This document shows, piece after piece, positions 47,458-56,371 of a DNA stretch of 64,000 nt. The first letter of the stretch is position 1, and each line of letters opens with the position of its first letter. The translations under genes were made by a program, and so were the position numbers. Origin of the DNA: a virus; the IMG/VR virus record IMGVR_UViG_3300008267_007212; one strand, 5' to 3'. The notes under the pieces were generated by a model. That model worked only from the letters and a program-made list of their open reading frames with translations, was not told the origin of the DNA and made no database searches.

Positions 47458-49229
47458 TGTTTAAAATAAAATCCTTATCCGTTAAAAACTTCATGAGCGT
47501 GGGCAATGCCACCCAAGGTATTGATTTTGATCGCAACGATTTAACTCTTGTGTTAGGCGAAAACTTAGACCTAGGCGGTGATGACAGCGGTGCTCGAAAT
47601 GGCACTGGTAAAACCACTATCATTAACGCATTGAGCTACAGTCTATTTGGTCAAGCGTTAACTAATATTAAAAAAGACAATTTGATTAATAAAACTAACA
47701 GCAAACACATGTTAGTTACCATCGATTTCGAATCCGAAGGTCGCCGCTATAGAATTGAGCGGGGACGTAAGCCAAATGTATTAAAGTTCTACGTGGACGA
47801 CGAAGAACTAGAAACCAAAGACGATAACAGTCAGGGCGACAGTCGAGAAACACAATTAGAAATCGAACGACTGTTAAACATGAGCCACGACATGTTTAAG
47901 CACATTGTTGCTCTAAATACATATACAGAACCATTTTTAAGTTTAAAAGCCAACGATCAACGAACTATCATTGAACAATTGCTGGGCATCACTGTGCTGT
48001 CAGAAAAAGCCGAAGCACTTAAAGAGCAAAACAAATCCACTAAAGAAGCAATTCAACAGGAAGAATTTCGAATTAAAGCTGTTGGTGATGCAAACAAACG
48101 AATTCAAGATCAGATTGATGCGCTGATTCGTCGACAAACATTGTGGACTAATAAGCACAAAGATGACATTGCATCATTGCAAGCAGCATATGATCAACTC
48201 GCAGAATTAGACATAGAGTCCGAGCTAGATGCTCATAAAAAGCTAGCCGAATATAATACAAAAAGTAAACAAATAGCCGATCTTACAACACTGGTTAAAC
48301 GCTGCGAACAAGACGAAACCAGGGAAACCAAGGAAATAGAAAAGCTTAAAAAAGAAATTGTAGCTTTAAAAAATCACACTTGTCATAGCTGTGGTCAATC
48401 ATTTCATGATGACAAACAAGTAATTGTTTTGGAAGAAAAACAAAAAACACTGCAAGAAACTGCGTTACAAGCATTGTCTACTAATACACAATTGCTAGAA
48501 AATCAAGAAGCTCTTGGACTACTAGGTGATCTGGGACAAAAACCAGTGACATTTTACAAAGATGAAAGCGATGCTTTCGAACATCGTAGCAGCATGGCAT
48601 CTGTTCTTACGCAATTAAATTCTAAGCAGTTAGAACAAGACCCGTACACAGATCAAATTAATGATATGAAGGAAACGGCTGTTGAAGAAATAAATTATGA
48701 TTTTATGAATTCGTTGGTGAGAATTAAAGATCACCAGGATTTTTTACTTAAGTTATTAACCAATAAAGATAGTTTTATTCGTAAAAAGATCATAGATCAG
48801 AATCTAAGTTACTTAAATGCAAGATTGGGATTTTATTTAGATAAAATTGGACTACCTCACACTGTCAAGTTCAATAACGACTTAAGTATTAGTATTGAAG
48901 AGCTGGGCAGAGAGTTGGACTTTGACAACTTGTCGCGGGGTGAACGTAACAGACTTATTTTATCACTGAGCTGGAGTTTCCGAGACGTATGGGAAAGTCT
49001 ATATCAGCCTATTAACTTATTGTTTATCGATGAGCTAGTAGACAGCGGCATGGATGCTAGTGGAGTCGAAAACAGTTTAGCGATTTTAAAGAAAATGAGT
49101 CGAGAAAGCAGCAAATCTGTGTGGCTAGTGTCACACAAAGACGAACTTGCCGGTCGTGTAAACAACATTCTTACTGTGGTCAAAGAAAACGGCTTTACAA
49201 ATTATAATACAGATGTTGAAGTAGTATAA
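47457..49229 (+). CDS. gp46: Recombination ATPase subunit, gp46 (Rad50/SbcC)
   Basis: KNFMSVGN, Walker A GARNGTGKTT, coiled coil with CHSC zinc hook, LSRGE signature, Walker B FIDE and SH motif. Confidence 0.95.
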   Translation: MFKIKSLSVKNFMSVGNATQGIDFDRNDLTLVLGENLDLGGDDSGARNGTGKTTIINALSYSLFGQALTNIKKDNLINKTNSKHMLVTIDFESEGRRYRIERGRKPNVLKFYVDDEELETKDDNSQGDSRETQLEIERLLNMSHDMFKHIVALNTYTEPFLSLKANDQRTIIEQLLGITVLSEKAEALKEQNKSTKEAIQQEEFRIKAVGDANKRIQDQIDALIRRQTLWTNKHKDDIASLQAAYDQLAELDIESELDAHKKLAEYNTKSKQIADLTTLVKRCEQDETRETKEIEKLKKEIVALKNHTCHSCGQSFHDDKQVIVLEEKQKTLQETALQALSTNTQLLENQEALGLLGDLGQKPVTFYKDESDAFEHRSSMASVLTQLNSKQLEQDPYTDQINDMKETAVEEINYDFMNSLVRIKDHQDFLLKLLTNKDSFIRKKIIDQNLSYLNARLGFYLDKIGLPHTVKFNNDLSISIEELGRELDFDNLSRGERNRLILSLSWSFRDVWESLYQPINLLFIDELVDSGMDASGVENSLAILKKMSRESSKSVWLVSHKDELAGRVNNILTVVKENGFTNYNTDVEVV

Positions 49230-49231
49230 TA

Positions 49232-50236
49232 ATGTTAGCAACATGGCACTGGCACATTGAAATTAGCAGTAAATGCACTTTACGCTGTCCTCGGTGCGCA
49301 CGACAAGAAGTTCCTGATACTTTAATAAACACTGAGTTAGATTTAGAGTTTTTCAAAAGAAATTTTACCCCTGAGTTCATTCTTTCTAATGTGGAAAAAA
49401 TAACATTCTGCGGCGACGACGGCGATCCTATATACGCACATGATCTAATACCTGTGATCAAATATCTGAAATCAGTCAAAGATATAGAGATTGTTATTGT
49501 TACCAACGGCAGCTATAAAAAAGAAGACTGGTGGACCAGTCTGGGTAGTACCTTGACTGCTAAAGATAGTGTACATTTTAGTGTCGATGGATTCGACAAT
49601 ATCAGTAATAATTTGTATAGGATAAACAGCGACTATGATAGTATAATACAAGGTATAAAAACATTGCGGGCGCACAGTCCTTGTCAGATTGTATGGGCCG
49701 CAATTGCGTTTCGATTTAACGAAGATCATTTAGAATCAATGAAAGACTATGCCGACCAGATTGGCGTGGATCGATTTCAAATTACACTGAGTACAAAATT
49801 TGGTGCGATCTATCCAAACTATGGAGAGAATGATCCTCTTCAACCCAGTAAAAAATATATTAGTAGCTCACATAGATTTGAACGCCAAATAACTGATTTT
49901 ACTATTAGGCAAACACCTGTTCACCCAATTAATATCAAACTCTATGAACACACAAAATTAAAAGATACAATCGTACCGTTATGTGAAATTGGCAACAAAG
50001 GCTTGTACATAGATGCACAGGGTAGATTATTTCCGTGCTGCTGGGTTGCGAATAGATATTCTCACAATCAAGAATGGCAAGATCTCGGATCAAAATTTAA
50101 TTTAAACAATATAACAATAGAACAGGCATTGGCAGACCCTTTCTGGATCAATGAATTCCAATCGTTTAAGTGGCAAGAATGTCAGACAAAATGCAAGAAA
50201 AACATGGTAAACCAGGAATATGCAACATCATGGTAA
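49232..50236 (+). CDS. Radical SAM protein with C-terminal twitch/SPASM-like domain
   Basis: CTLRCPRC, FCGDDGDP, TNGS and FSVDG motifs. C-terminal C..GLYIDAQGRLFPCCW..CQTKC. Confidence 0.9.
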   Translation: MLATWHWHIEISSKCTLRCPRCARQEVPDTLINTELDLEFFKRNFTPEFILSNVEKITFCGDDGDPIYAHDLIPVIKYLKSVKDIEIVIVTNGSYKKEDWWTSLGSTLTAKDSVHFSVDGFDNISNNLYRINSDYDSIIQGIKTLRAHSPCQIVWAAIAFRFNEDHLESMKDYADQIGVDRFQITLSTKFGAIYPNYGENDPLQPSKKYISSSHRFERQITDFTIRQTPVHPINIKLYEHTKLKDTIVPLCEIGNKGLYIDAQGRLFPCCWVANRYSHNQEWQDLGSKFNLNNITIEQALADPFWINEFQSFKWQECQTKCKKNMVNQEYATSW

Positions 50237-50276
50237 ACTAGATAAATTATAGTACACATGGCACAACAAATCTAAC

Positions 50277-50711
50277 ATGACTTGGTTTTTTCAAGACACC
50301 CCAGTTGAGGAATTGCCCGAGGATTGCATAGGATTTGTATATCTAATCACAAACAAAATATCAAACAAAAAATACATTGGCAAAAAACTGGCAAAATTCA
50401 GTAAAACTACTCAAAGAACAGTAAAATTAAAAAACGGCACCAAAAAGAAAAAGAAAATTCGCTCAAAAGTCGATTCAGACTGGAGAGATTATTATGGCTC
50501 AAGTCCTGAGTTACAAACAGATGTACAAACATTAGGCTCAGACAATTTTACCAGAGAAATACTTTACTATTGTAATTCCAAAGCAATTTGTAGTTATATT
50601 GAAGCAAGAGAACAATTTACCAGGCGTGTATTAGAATCAGACGAATATTACAACGGCATAATCAATTGTCGTATCCATGGCTCCCATATAAAAAATAAAT
50701 TAAGCATTTAA
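50277..50711 (+). CDS. Compact stand-alone GIY-YIG nuclease-fold protein
   Basis: GFVYLITN...KKYIGKK, YYGSS, FTREIL, conserved E and YYN. Lys-rich insert KLKNGTKKKKKIRSK. No appended DNA-binding domain. Confidence 0.82.
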   Translation: MTWFFQDTPVEELPEDCIGFVYLITNKISNKKYIGKKLAKFSKTTQRTVKLKNGTKKKKKIRSKVDSDWRDYYGSSPELQTDVQTLGSDNFTREILYYCNSKAICSYIEAREQFTRRVLESDEYYNGIINCRIHGSHIKNKLSI

Positions 50712-51139
50712 GACTCGCACAGGTCAATATCATGTGCCCTAGACCTGGATCTCGGATCGCAGGGACGGAAGACTCACCGTGCTAGTGAGCACTCAACCAC
50801 TACCCGACAGGATGAAGATTGCCAATGCCGCAATTTGGTTGTTTGAAAAGGATTAACAGGCTAAAAAGACGTAGCAGTGATGCTACAAGGTTTATATGTA
50901 TGTTAGCGTATAGATATAAACTTGCCGTTGTGATAAGAACTGAGCTCGAGGTACCGGACAACCGCCTCTGTAATCGCTTTAACGCTAATGACTGTGCTAC
51001 TCGGATGAAGCATTATCATTTTTGCCCTGTGCGGGCAAAGTGTGACTGATTAATCTGGATGAAACTTATATCGCTACGCTCTTTAATTAAAATATATCAC
51101 TGAGCGACAGCGAAAGTGATAGATGTGCGTAGCACATCT
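50712..51139 (+). ncRNA. Candidate large structured non-coding RNA (unknown class)
   Basis: About ten consecutive helices, GNRA loops (GTGA, GACA), two candidate pseudoknots and three GGATGAA copies. Visibly more GC-rich than other intergenic DNA. Strand inferred from the GNRA loops and G-U pairs. Confidence 0.6.
51121..51139. terminator. Perfect 8-bp hairpin at the junction of convergent transcription units
   Basis: AGATGTGC-gta-GCACATCT abutting the stop codon of the minus-strand ORF 51139-51357. No long U-tract. Confidence 0.45.
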
Positions 51140-51357
51140 TAAAAGAATGGTAATCCTGTTTCCTTTGTGGTATTAAGGTTGTCTTCAATAATACCATTAA
51201 TGATTTCTCTTTCTTGGAAACTTATTTCCAAGGCTTCACTATAAGTTATTCCACCCCTCATATGCCAACAAATTTTTAATATATTCTTCTTAAGGGCTTT
51301 TGAATCTTTGTCGAAGTCTTTGATCATTTCAACAATTGATTCATTGTCTAAACTCAA
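51139..51357 (-). CDS. Small baseplate hub assembly protein (gp51-like)
   Basis: ICWHMRGGITYSEA...ER.II motif. Directly downstream of the gp26-like gene, mirroring the T4 gp26/gp51 pairing. Confidence 0.55.
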   Translation of the reverse strand: MSLDNESIVEMIKDFDKDSKALKKNILKICWHMRGGITYSEALEISFQEREIINGIIEDNLNTTKETGLPFF

Positions 51358-51362
51358 AAGCC

Positions 51363-52205
51363 TTATACGAAAAAACTTGCTTGCTCAAAAACTAATGGGG
51401 TTTCATAGGGTTTGTTGCAGTCTTCGTGTTCGCAAGTTATGGGAATTTTTTTAAGTGGACTCTGTTCTCCAAAGCTTTCTAGTTTTGTTTTAACTGAGTC
51501 CCACACTGTTTTGTTGCAATTTTGAAAGAATTCATGAATTTGTTCCGGATCTTCTACTAGAACGCCTTCTTCTGTTTTAATCCCAGCTACACTCTTACTG
51601 ATTTGTTCTACAGTAAGAGATAATAATCTTTGGAAAACCACATTGAATTTTGATAATTTTTCTTCGTCGCTCAGTGAATCGTCACCTGCTACAGCTAATA
51701 ACCGTTGATGTTCGTAGTTTTCTAAACTGGCTTTGTTAAATTGTTGGTAAGTCTGTGGCCTAATATAAATTTCGAGTCCTTCTACTTTTATAGTGGAATC
51801 AAAATCGGGACAAGTTATCTGTGACGATAATGCGCCAAGATCCGCAGTATTTTCATTTTTTCTTTGACAATGGGGACAAACACTGACGAACTCCATGCCC
51901 GGGCCATATGTTGCATGACGTATAGCTATCAACACTGCATCTAAATCAATGGCAGGCATTTTCCATGCGTCTTTGATGGCAGGTACACAACTTTGTATAA
52001 CTTCCACAGTACTTTGTCCATTTAACAGTGCATCGGGAGTTTTTAAGATTAGTTCGTCTTTGGCAGTCATCGGATAAACTGGTAATTCTCCAGTAACCGG
52101 TAGATCTAAACTGCCAGGTGGATACCATCGTCCCATGCTGGGCAATTTAAGATATAATTGAGGCTGTCTAAAATGTTTAGCCAAAGGATTAGCAATATTA
52201 ACCAT
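51363..52205 (-). CDS. Baseplate hub subunit/chaperone, T4 gp26-like
   Basis: NPL..HFRQP..Y.KLPS.G, PMTAKDE, DLDAVLIAIR.A.YG and two CxxC-type motifs. Confidence 0.75.
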   Translation of the reverse strand: MVNIANPLAKHFRQPQLYLKLPSMGRWYPPGSLDLPVTGELPVYPMTAKDELILKTPDALLNGQSTVEVIQSCVPAIKDAWKMPAIDLDAVLIAIRHATYGPGMEFVSVCPHCQRKNENTADLGALSSQITCPDFDSTIKVEGLEIYIRPQTYQQFNKASLENYEHQRLLAVAGDDSLSDEEKLSKFNVVFQRLLSLTVEQISKSVAGIKTEEGVLVEDPEQIHEFFQNCNKTVWDSVKTKLESFGEQSPLKKIPITCEHEDCNKPYETPLVFEQASFFV

Positions 52206-52215
52206 ATTTTATTCC

Positions 52216-52237
52216 AATAAATATATTAATACTTATC
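52216..52237. promoter_or_regulatory. Overlapping divergent late promoter-like motifs
   Basis: Plus-strand AATAAATA at 52216-23 faces the ATG at 52264. Minus-strand GATAAGTA at 52237-30 faces the ATG at 52205. Confidence 0.5.
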
Positions 52238-52263
52238 TTGGTAAATTTACAAAAAAATAGATT

Positions 52264-54321
52264 ATGGATGAAAGAACACAACAACTGCTGGAAAAACTTG
52301 GTTTAACCGCCAACGCCACTTCGGGTGCAATGCAGCAGTTAATCTCTGCATTGAGTAAAACTGCATCGGCCAGTAACAATCAAACCAATGCAGCAACATT
52401 GACTGCACAATCTTTGCAGCAAATGCAAAGCAGTGCTCAATCCACTGCTTCTTCTTTTAGAAATTTTTTAAGTATAGGCACTAGTTTTGCAGGGGGGTTA
52501 ACAACTTTAACATCCAGCGTATACGGTGCAGACAAAGCTTTTGCCAGTGTTATTCCTACACTAGATTTCATTACCGGTACTTTTACTAAAACTGTTACCG
52601 CAGCTGGCACAGCATTAAGTGGAGTATCTATTGCAGGATTTAGCTTTGGTAAAGCCAGTGAAGCTGCCGCGCAAGGAGTAGCAAACACATTTGAAGTTTT
52701 GTCTGACGTTATTAAATTTCAAATTAACAGTGCTCAAAAAGTTTCTGACCAATTTCTTGCATTATCTAAAGTTGGAGCAACTTTTGGTGGCAGCATAGGA
52801 ACAATGGGTGCTGATGCAAAAAAATTACAAATTCCTTTACTTGAATTTGGTAGGATTATAACAACAAATGTGGAAAATTTAACCAAGCTTGGCAAAAGTG
52901 TAAGAGATGCAGGTTTCGAAGTTGCAAATTATGCAGCAGGACTATATGAATCCAGTGATGCTTTAGTTGCTCTATATGGAAACGTCGAAAATATAAGTGC
53001 AGGAGTAGCTGACTTTCTAGCATTACAGGCACAGTTGGGGCGTGTTGACCAGATGCGTGGGGAACAAGGTCGAGCTGATTCTAATAGACAAAGTGCTGCT
53101 ATCAAAGAATATCTGATCAGACAAAAAGAACTAACAGCACTAACTGGACAAAGTGCAGATGCGCTTAAAAAAGCAGAGGAAGAACGAAGAAGAGATTTAG
53201 CTTATCAATTAAAAGTTAGCAGAATGAGCACTACAGCTCAAGCAAATGTCAGTGAAGCATTCGGAATTGCTCAAACTAAATTTGGTGATGAAGCTGCTCA
53301 ATACTTAAAAGAATATATCAGAACACAAGGAAAAGTAACAGATCCTGCAATGATATCATTTGCTGCTGGTAACCAAGAAGTTGCCCAGACCATGCAAATG
53401 TTTGCTGAAAATATAAATTTAGGAAAAGATGAATTCCGACGAACATACGCAGGATTCATAAAAGCAAATGCAGGTGCTTATCGAGGATTTGCTGAAGGCA
53501 TTGAAGATTTAGCAGAATTGCCGCCTTCGTTAATGAATAACTTTGTTCAATCTCAAACAAAAATGGGTGCTTCATTGATCAGTAATATGAACTTTTTTGA
53601 AAATTTACCGACTACTATAGAAAGAATGATAGCTGAAGGCACAGATCTACGAGGAGTGTTAACTGATTCTGCTAGTAAAGCATTCGTGGATGCAGAGAGG
53701 AGACGTAGCCAAGTTCAGCAAGAAATTGATGCATCGGTGTTAGGAAATATGCAAAAACTTGGAAGTACTATGGAATTGTTAAATCAAGCTACATTGTCCA
53801 TGGTAAGAGCACAAGATAGTATTAACCAGTTAGTAAATAGACTTAAAGATATACCAACGGGAAAAGAGTTTAACAAAGCTGTTGGGGATATTGTGGATCA
53901 GATCTTTAAAGGAATGGGAATACCATTGAAGAAAAACGAGCCTCCTGCACCTGCAAGAGTTCCAGAAGGAGGAGCTACTGAATTGCCCCCGGGAGCGTCA
54001 TTGCCAGGACCAACTTTTGCACAAGCTTCTCCTATCACACCCAGTACTCCCTCAGAAATTGCTGATCAAGTACTACTTATGGAACTATTGGCTGACAGTA
54101 AATCACAAAAAGCAAATCAAGAATCATCAGCTGAATCTCGTAATTTAGCAGCCGACATTACCAGATTACAAACACAAATTGCATCATTGGTTACTGCAAA
54201 TAATAACAACGAACAAGTAGTAGCAGCACTAACTGATCAGAATGGATTAATGTCAACATTAAATGACAAAATGAGTGAAATGATAGATTCTAATAGAAGC
54301 ATATTCAATGCATTGGCTTAA
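52264..54321 (+). CDS. Tape-measure-like alpha-helical tail protein
   Basis: 685 aa, Ala/Gln/Ser-rich helical composition, YL....ELTALTGQS motif. Divergent from the hub genes. Confidence 0.5.
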   Translation: MDERTQQLLEKLGLTANATSGAMQQLISALSKTASASNNQTNAATLTAQSLQQMQSSAQSTASSFRNFLSIGTSFAGGLTTLTSSVYGADKAFASVIPTLDFITGTFTKTVTAAGTALSGVSIAGFSFGKASEAAAQGVANTFEVLSDVIKFQINSAQKVSDQFLALSKVGATFGGSIGTMGADAKKLQIPLLEFGRIITTNVENLTKLGKSVRDAGFEVANYAAGLYESSDALVALYGNVENISAGVADFLALQAQLGRVDQMRGEQGRADSNRQSAAIKEYLIRQKELTALTGQSADALKKAEEERRRDLAYQLKVSRMSTTAQANVSEAFGIAQTKFGDEAAQYLKEYIRTQGKVTDPAMISFAAGNQEVAQTMQMFAENINLGKDEFRRTYAGFIKANAGAYRGFAEGIEDLAELPPSLMNNFVQSQTKMGASLISNMNFFENLPTTIERMIAEGTDLRGVLTDSASKAFVDAERRRSQVQQEIDASVLGNMQKLGSTMELLNQATLSMVRAQDSINQLVNRLKDIPTGKEFNKAVGDIVDQIFKGMGIPLKKNEPPAPARVPEGGATELPPGASLPGPTFAQASPITPSTPSEIADQVLLMELLADSKSQKANQESSAESRNLAADITRLQTQIASLVTANNNNEQVVAALTDQNGLMSTLNDKMSEMIDSNRSIFNALA

Positions 54322-54327
54322 TTTTTA

Positions 54328-54335
54328 GGTAAATA
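54328..54335 (+). promoter_or_regulatory. Late promoter-like GGTAAATA for the portal gene
   Basis: TAAATA motif, then GGAG RBS, then the ATG at 54357. Confidence 0.6.
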
Positions 54336-54356
54336 TCTGACTGGAGAAAAGTTTTA

Positions 54357-56066
54357 ATGTCTTGGAAAAAGTATTTTAGGGTAGCAAATGTAGCTGGAGC
54401 AGTAAGTCCTATTAATGGCTCTCAGGCTCAAAATATGACCTATAGAAATTATCAAAGCAACTTGCCTGAAGTTTATATAGGTCATCCCAATAGAATTGAA
54501 CGTTATAACCAGTACGAACAAATGGATATGGACAGTGAAGTCAATGCCGCACTGGACATTTTGGCTGAATTTAGTACTCAAAGCAATGAAGAAAACGGCA
54601 CAGCTTTTAAATTTTATTGGAAAGAGCAGCCCACAGACAACGAAGTTAAGATTATTCGTGAGCAGTTAACACAATGGGTTAGCTTAAATGAGCTTAACAA
54701 AAGAATATTTAAAATGTTTCGAAATACTATCAAGTATGGTGATCAAGTGTTTATTCGTGATCCAGAAACATTTAAACTATTTTGGGTAGAAGTCAGCAAA
54801 GTTGTCAAAGTCATTGTAAACGAAGCAGAAGGTAAAAAGCCTGAACAGTATATTCTCAAAGATATTGCTCCAAATTTTGAAAATTTAACAGCTACAACCA
54901 TCAATACCAGTGACGTTAATGTTAATCATCCACAAGTAGGCGGCGGCAGTGGTGCATATATTCAACCAAAAAATCCAATTGGTGGCGGGTCAAGATTCAG
55001 TCATGCTCAAAACGAAGCAGCAGTAAATTCTGAACACATAGTACATTTAACACTGACAGAAGGGCTGGATTTCAGCTGGCCTTTTGGTAACAGCGTGTTA
55101 GAAAATGTGTTCAAAGTATTCAAACAAAAAGAATTACTGGAAGATGCTATCATTATCTATCGCGTACAAAGAGCACCAGAACGTAGGATTTTTTACATTG
55201 ACGTAGGTAACATGCCCAGTCACATGGCCATGGCCTTTGTTGAACGAGTTAAAAACGAAGTGCATCAACGCCGTATACCTACACAAACAGGTGGCGGTCA
55301 GAACATGATGGATGCCACATATAATCCATTAAGCACTAACGAAGATTATTTTTTCCCACAAACAGCAGAAGGCCGAGGCAGCAAAGTTGATACACTGCCA
55401 GGCGGTAGTAATTTAGGGGAAATTACAGACCTGCATTTCTTTACCAATAAACTATTCCGCGGACTAAGAATCCCCAGCAGCTATTTGCCAACGGGGCTAG
55501 ATGACGGAACCAGTAATCCAAACTCTTTTAGTGACGGTAGAGTAGGAACTGCACTAATTCAAGAATGGCGATTTAATCAATATTGTATGCGTTTACAGCG
55601 TATGATCTGTGAAAAATTAGATCAAGAGTTCAAATTATTTCTTCGTTGGAGGGGCATTAATATTGACAGTAATTTGTTTGAATTACAGTTCAATGAACCG
55701 CAAAACTTTGCCAGCTATCGTCAAGCTGAAGTAGATCAGGCTAGAATCGGATCGTTTACTCAATTAGAAGCTTTTCCATATTTGAGCAAACGCTTCTTAT
55801 TAACACGATATCTTGGATTAACAGAAGAAGAAATAGCCGACAACGAACGTATGTGGGCCGAAGAGCAAGGGGACGTAGACAAAGCACCGCCAGGCGAAGC
55901 AGGACTACGTAGTATTGGCATTAGTCCAGGCGGATTAGATGCTGATTTAGAAGCAGCAGCTCCACCAGCAGAAGGCGAAGCAGGTGCTGCACCACCTGCA
56001 GAAGTAGGAGCGCCAGCACCTGGAGCAGCAGCGGCAGCAGCACCAGCACCCACTGGAACCCTATGA
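54357..56066 (+). CDS. gp20: Portal protein, T4 gp20-like
   Basis: EVNAALDI, LEDAIIIYRVQRAPERRIFYIDVGNMP, EDYFFP and TLPGG.NLGEI.D motifs. Confidence 0.95.
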   Translation: MSWKKYFRVANVAGAVSPINGSQAQNMTYRNYQSNLPEVYIGHPNRIERYNQYEQMDMDSEVNAALDILAEFSTQSNEENGTAFKFYWKEQPTDNEVKIIREQLTQWVSLNELNKRIFKMFRNTIKYGDQVFIRDPETFKLFWVEVSKVVKVIVNEAEGKKPEQYILKDIAPNFENLTATTINTSDVNVNHPQVGGGSGAYIQPKNPIGGGSRFSHAQNEAAVNSEHIVHLTLTEGLDFSWPFGNSVLENVFKVFKQKELLEDAIIIYRVQRAPERRIFYIDVGNMPSHMAMAFVERVKNEVHQRRIPTQTGGGQNMMDATYNPLSTNEDYFFPQTAEGRGSKVDTLPGGSNLGEITDLHFFTNKLFRGLRIPSSYLPTGLDDGTSNPNSFSDGRVGTALIQEWRFNQYCMRLQRMICEKLDQEFKLFLRWRGINIDSNLFELQFNEPQNFASYRQAEVDQARIGSFTQLEAFPYLSKRFLLTRYLGLTEEEIADNERMWAEEQGDVDKAPPGEAGLRSIGISPGGLDADLEAAAPPAEGEAGAAPPAEVGAPAPGAAAAAAPAPTGTL

Positions 56067-56078
56067 TTTTAATAAATT

Positions 56079-56086
56079 GGTAAATA
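56079..56086 (+). promoter_or_regulatory. Late promoter-like GGTAAATA
   Basis: TAAATA motif 4 nt upstream of the ATG at 56091. Confidence 0.5.
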
Positions 56087-56090
56087 CCTG

Positions 56091-56315
56091 ATGCAGCTCT
56101 TAGAACTTTATAATGAGATTCCGGACGGTTATCGTAGTGAAAAAGACGATAATAGTGTCATTAAAATTGATGACACTAGAAAAACACGATTAACTTTGGA
56201 CCGATTGAATAAACTTCGCATTATGAACGACACTAGAAAATTAGAGCATGAAAAGAAACTGGAAAAAGTTTCCACTCAGTATAAATCAGCAGTTGAAGCC
56301 AGTGCTGGGCTTTAA
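56091..56315 (+). CDS. Small head-morphogenesis hypothetical protein
   Basis: 74 aa with DTRKTRLTL..LNKLR motif. Lies between the portal and prohead core genes. Confidence 0.7.
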   Translation: MQLLELYNEIPDGYRSEKDDNSVIKIDDTRKTRLTLDRLNKLRIMNDTRKLEHEKKLEKVSTQYKSAVEASAGL

Positions 56316-56371
56316 TTATTTTTTAAAAACATTCAAAAAACGCCCATTTAACCCATTAAATGCTCATATTC

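Noticed and set aside
50819-51049. 76-aa ORF inside the structured intergenic region
   Set aside because: Non-ATG start, no RBS and atypical Cys/Arg-rich composition. The sequence is better explained by base-pairing constraints.
50712-51139. tmRNA, RNase P, group I/II intron, tRNA or CRISPR identity for the intergenic element
   Set aside because: No tRNA-like ends or T-loop, no interrupted host gene, no recognisable catalytic-core consensus and no repeat-spacer periodicity. An Infernal search is still needed.
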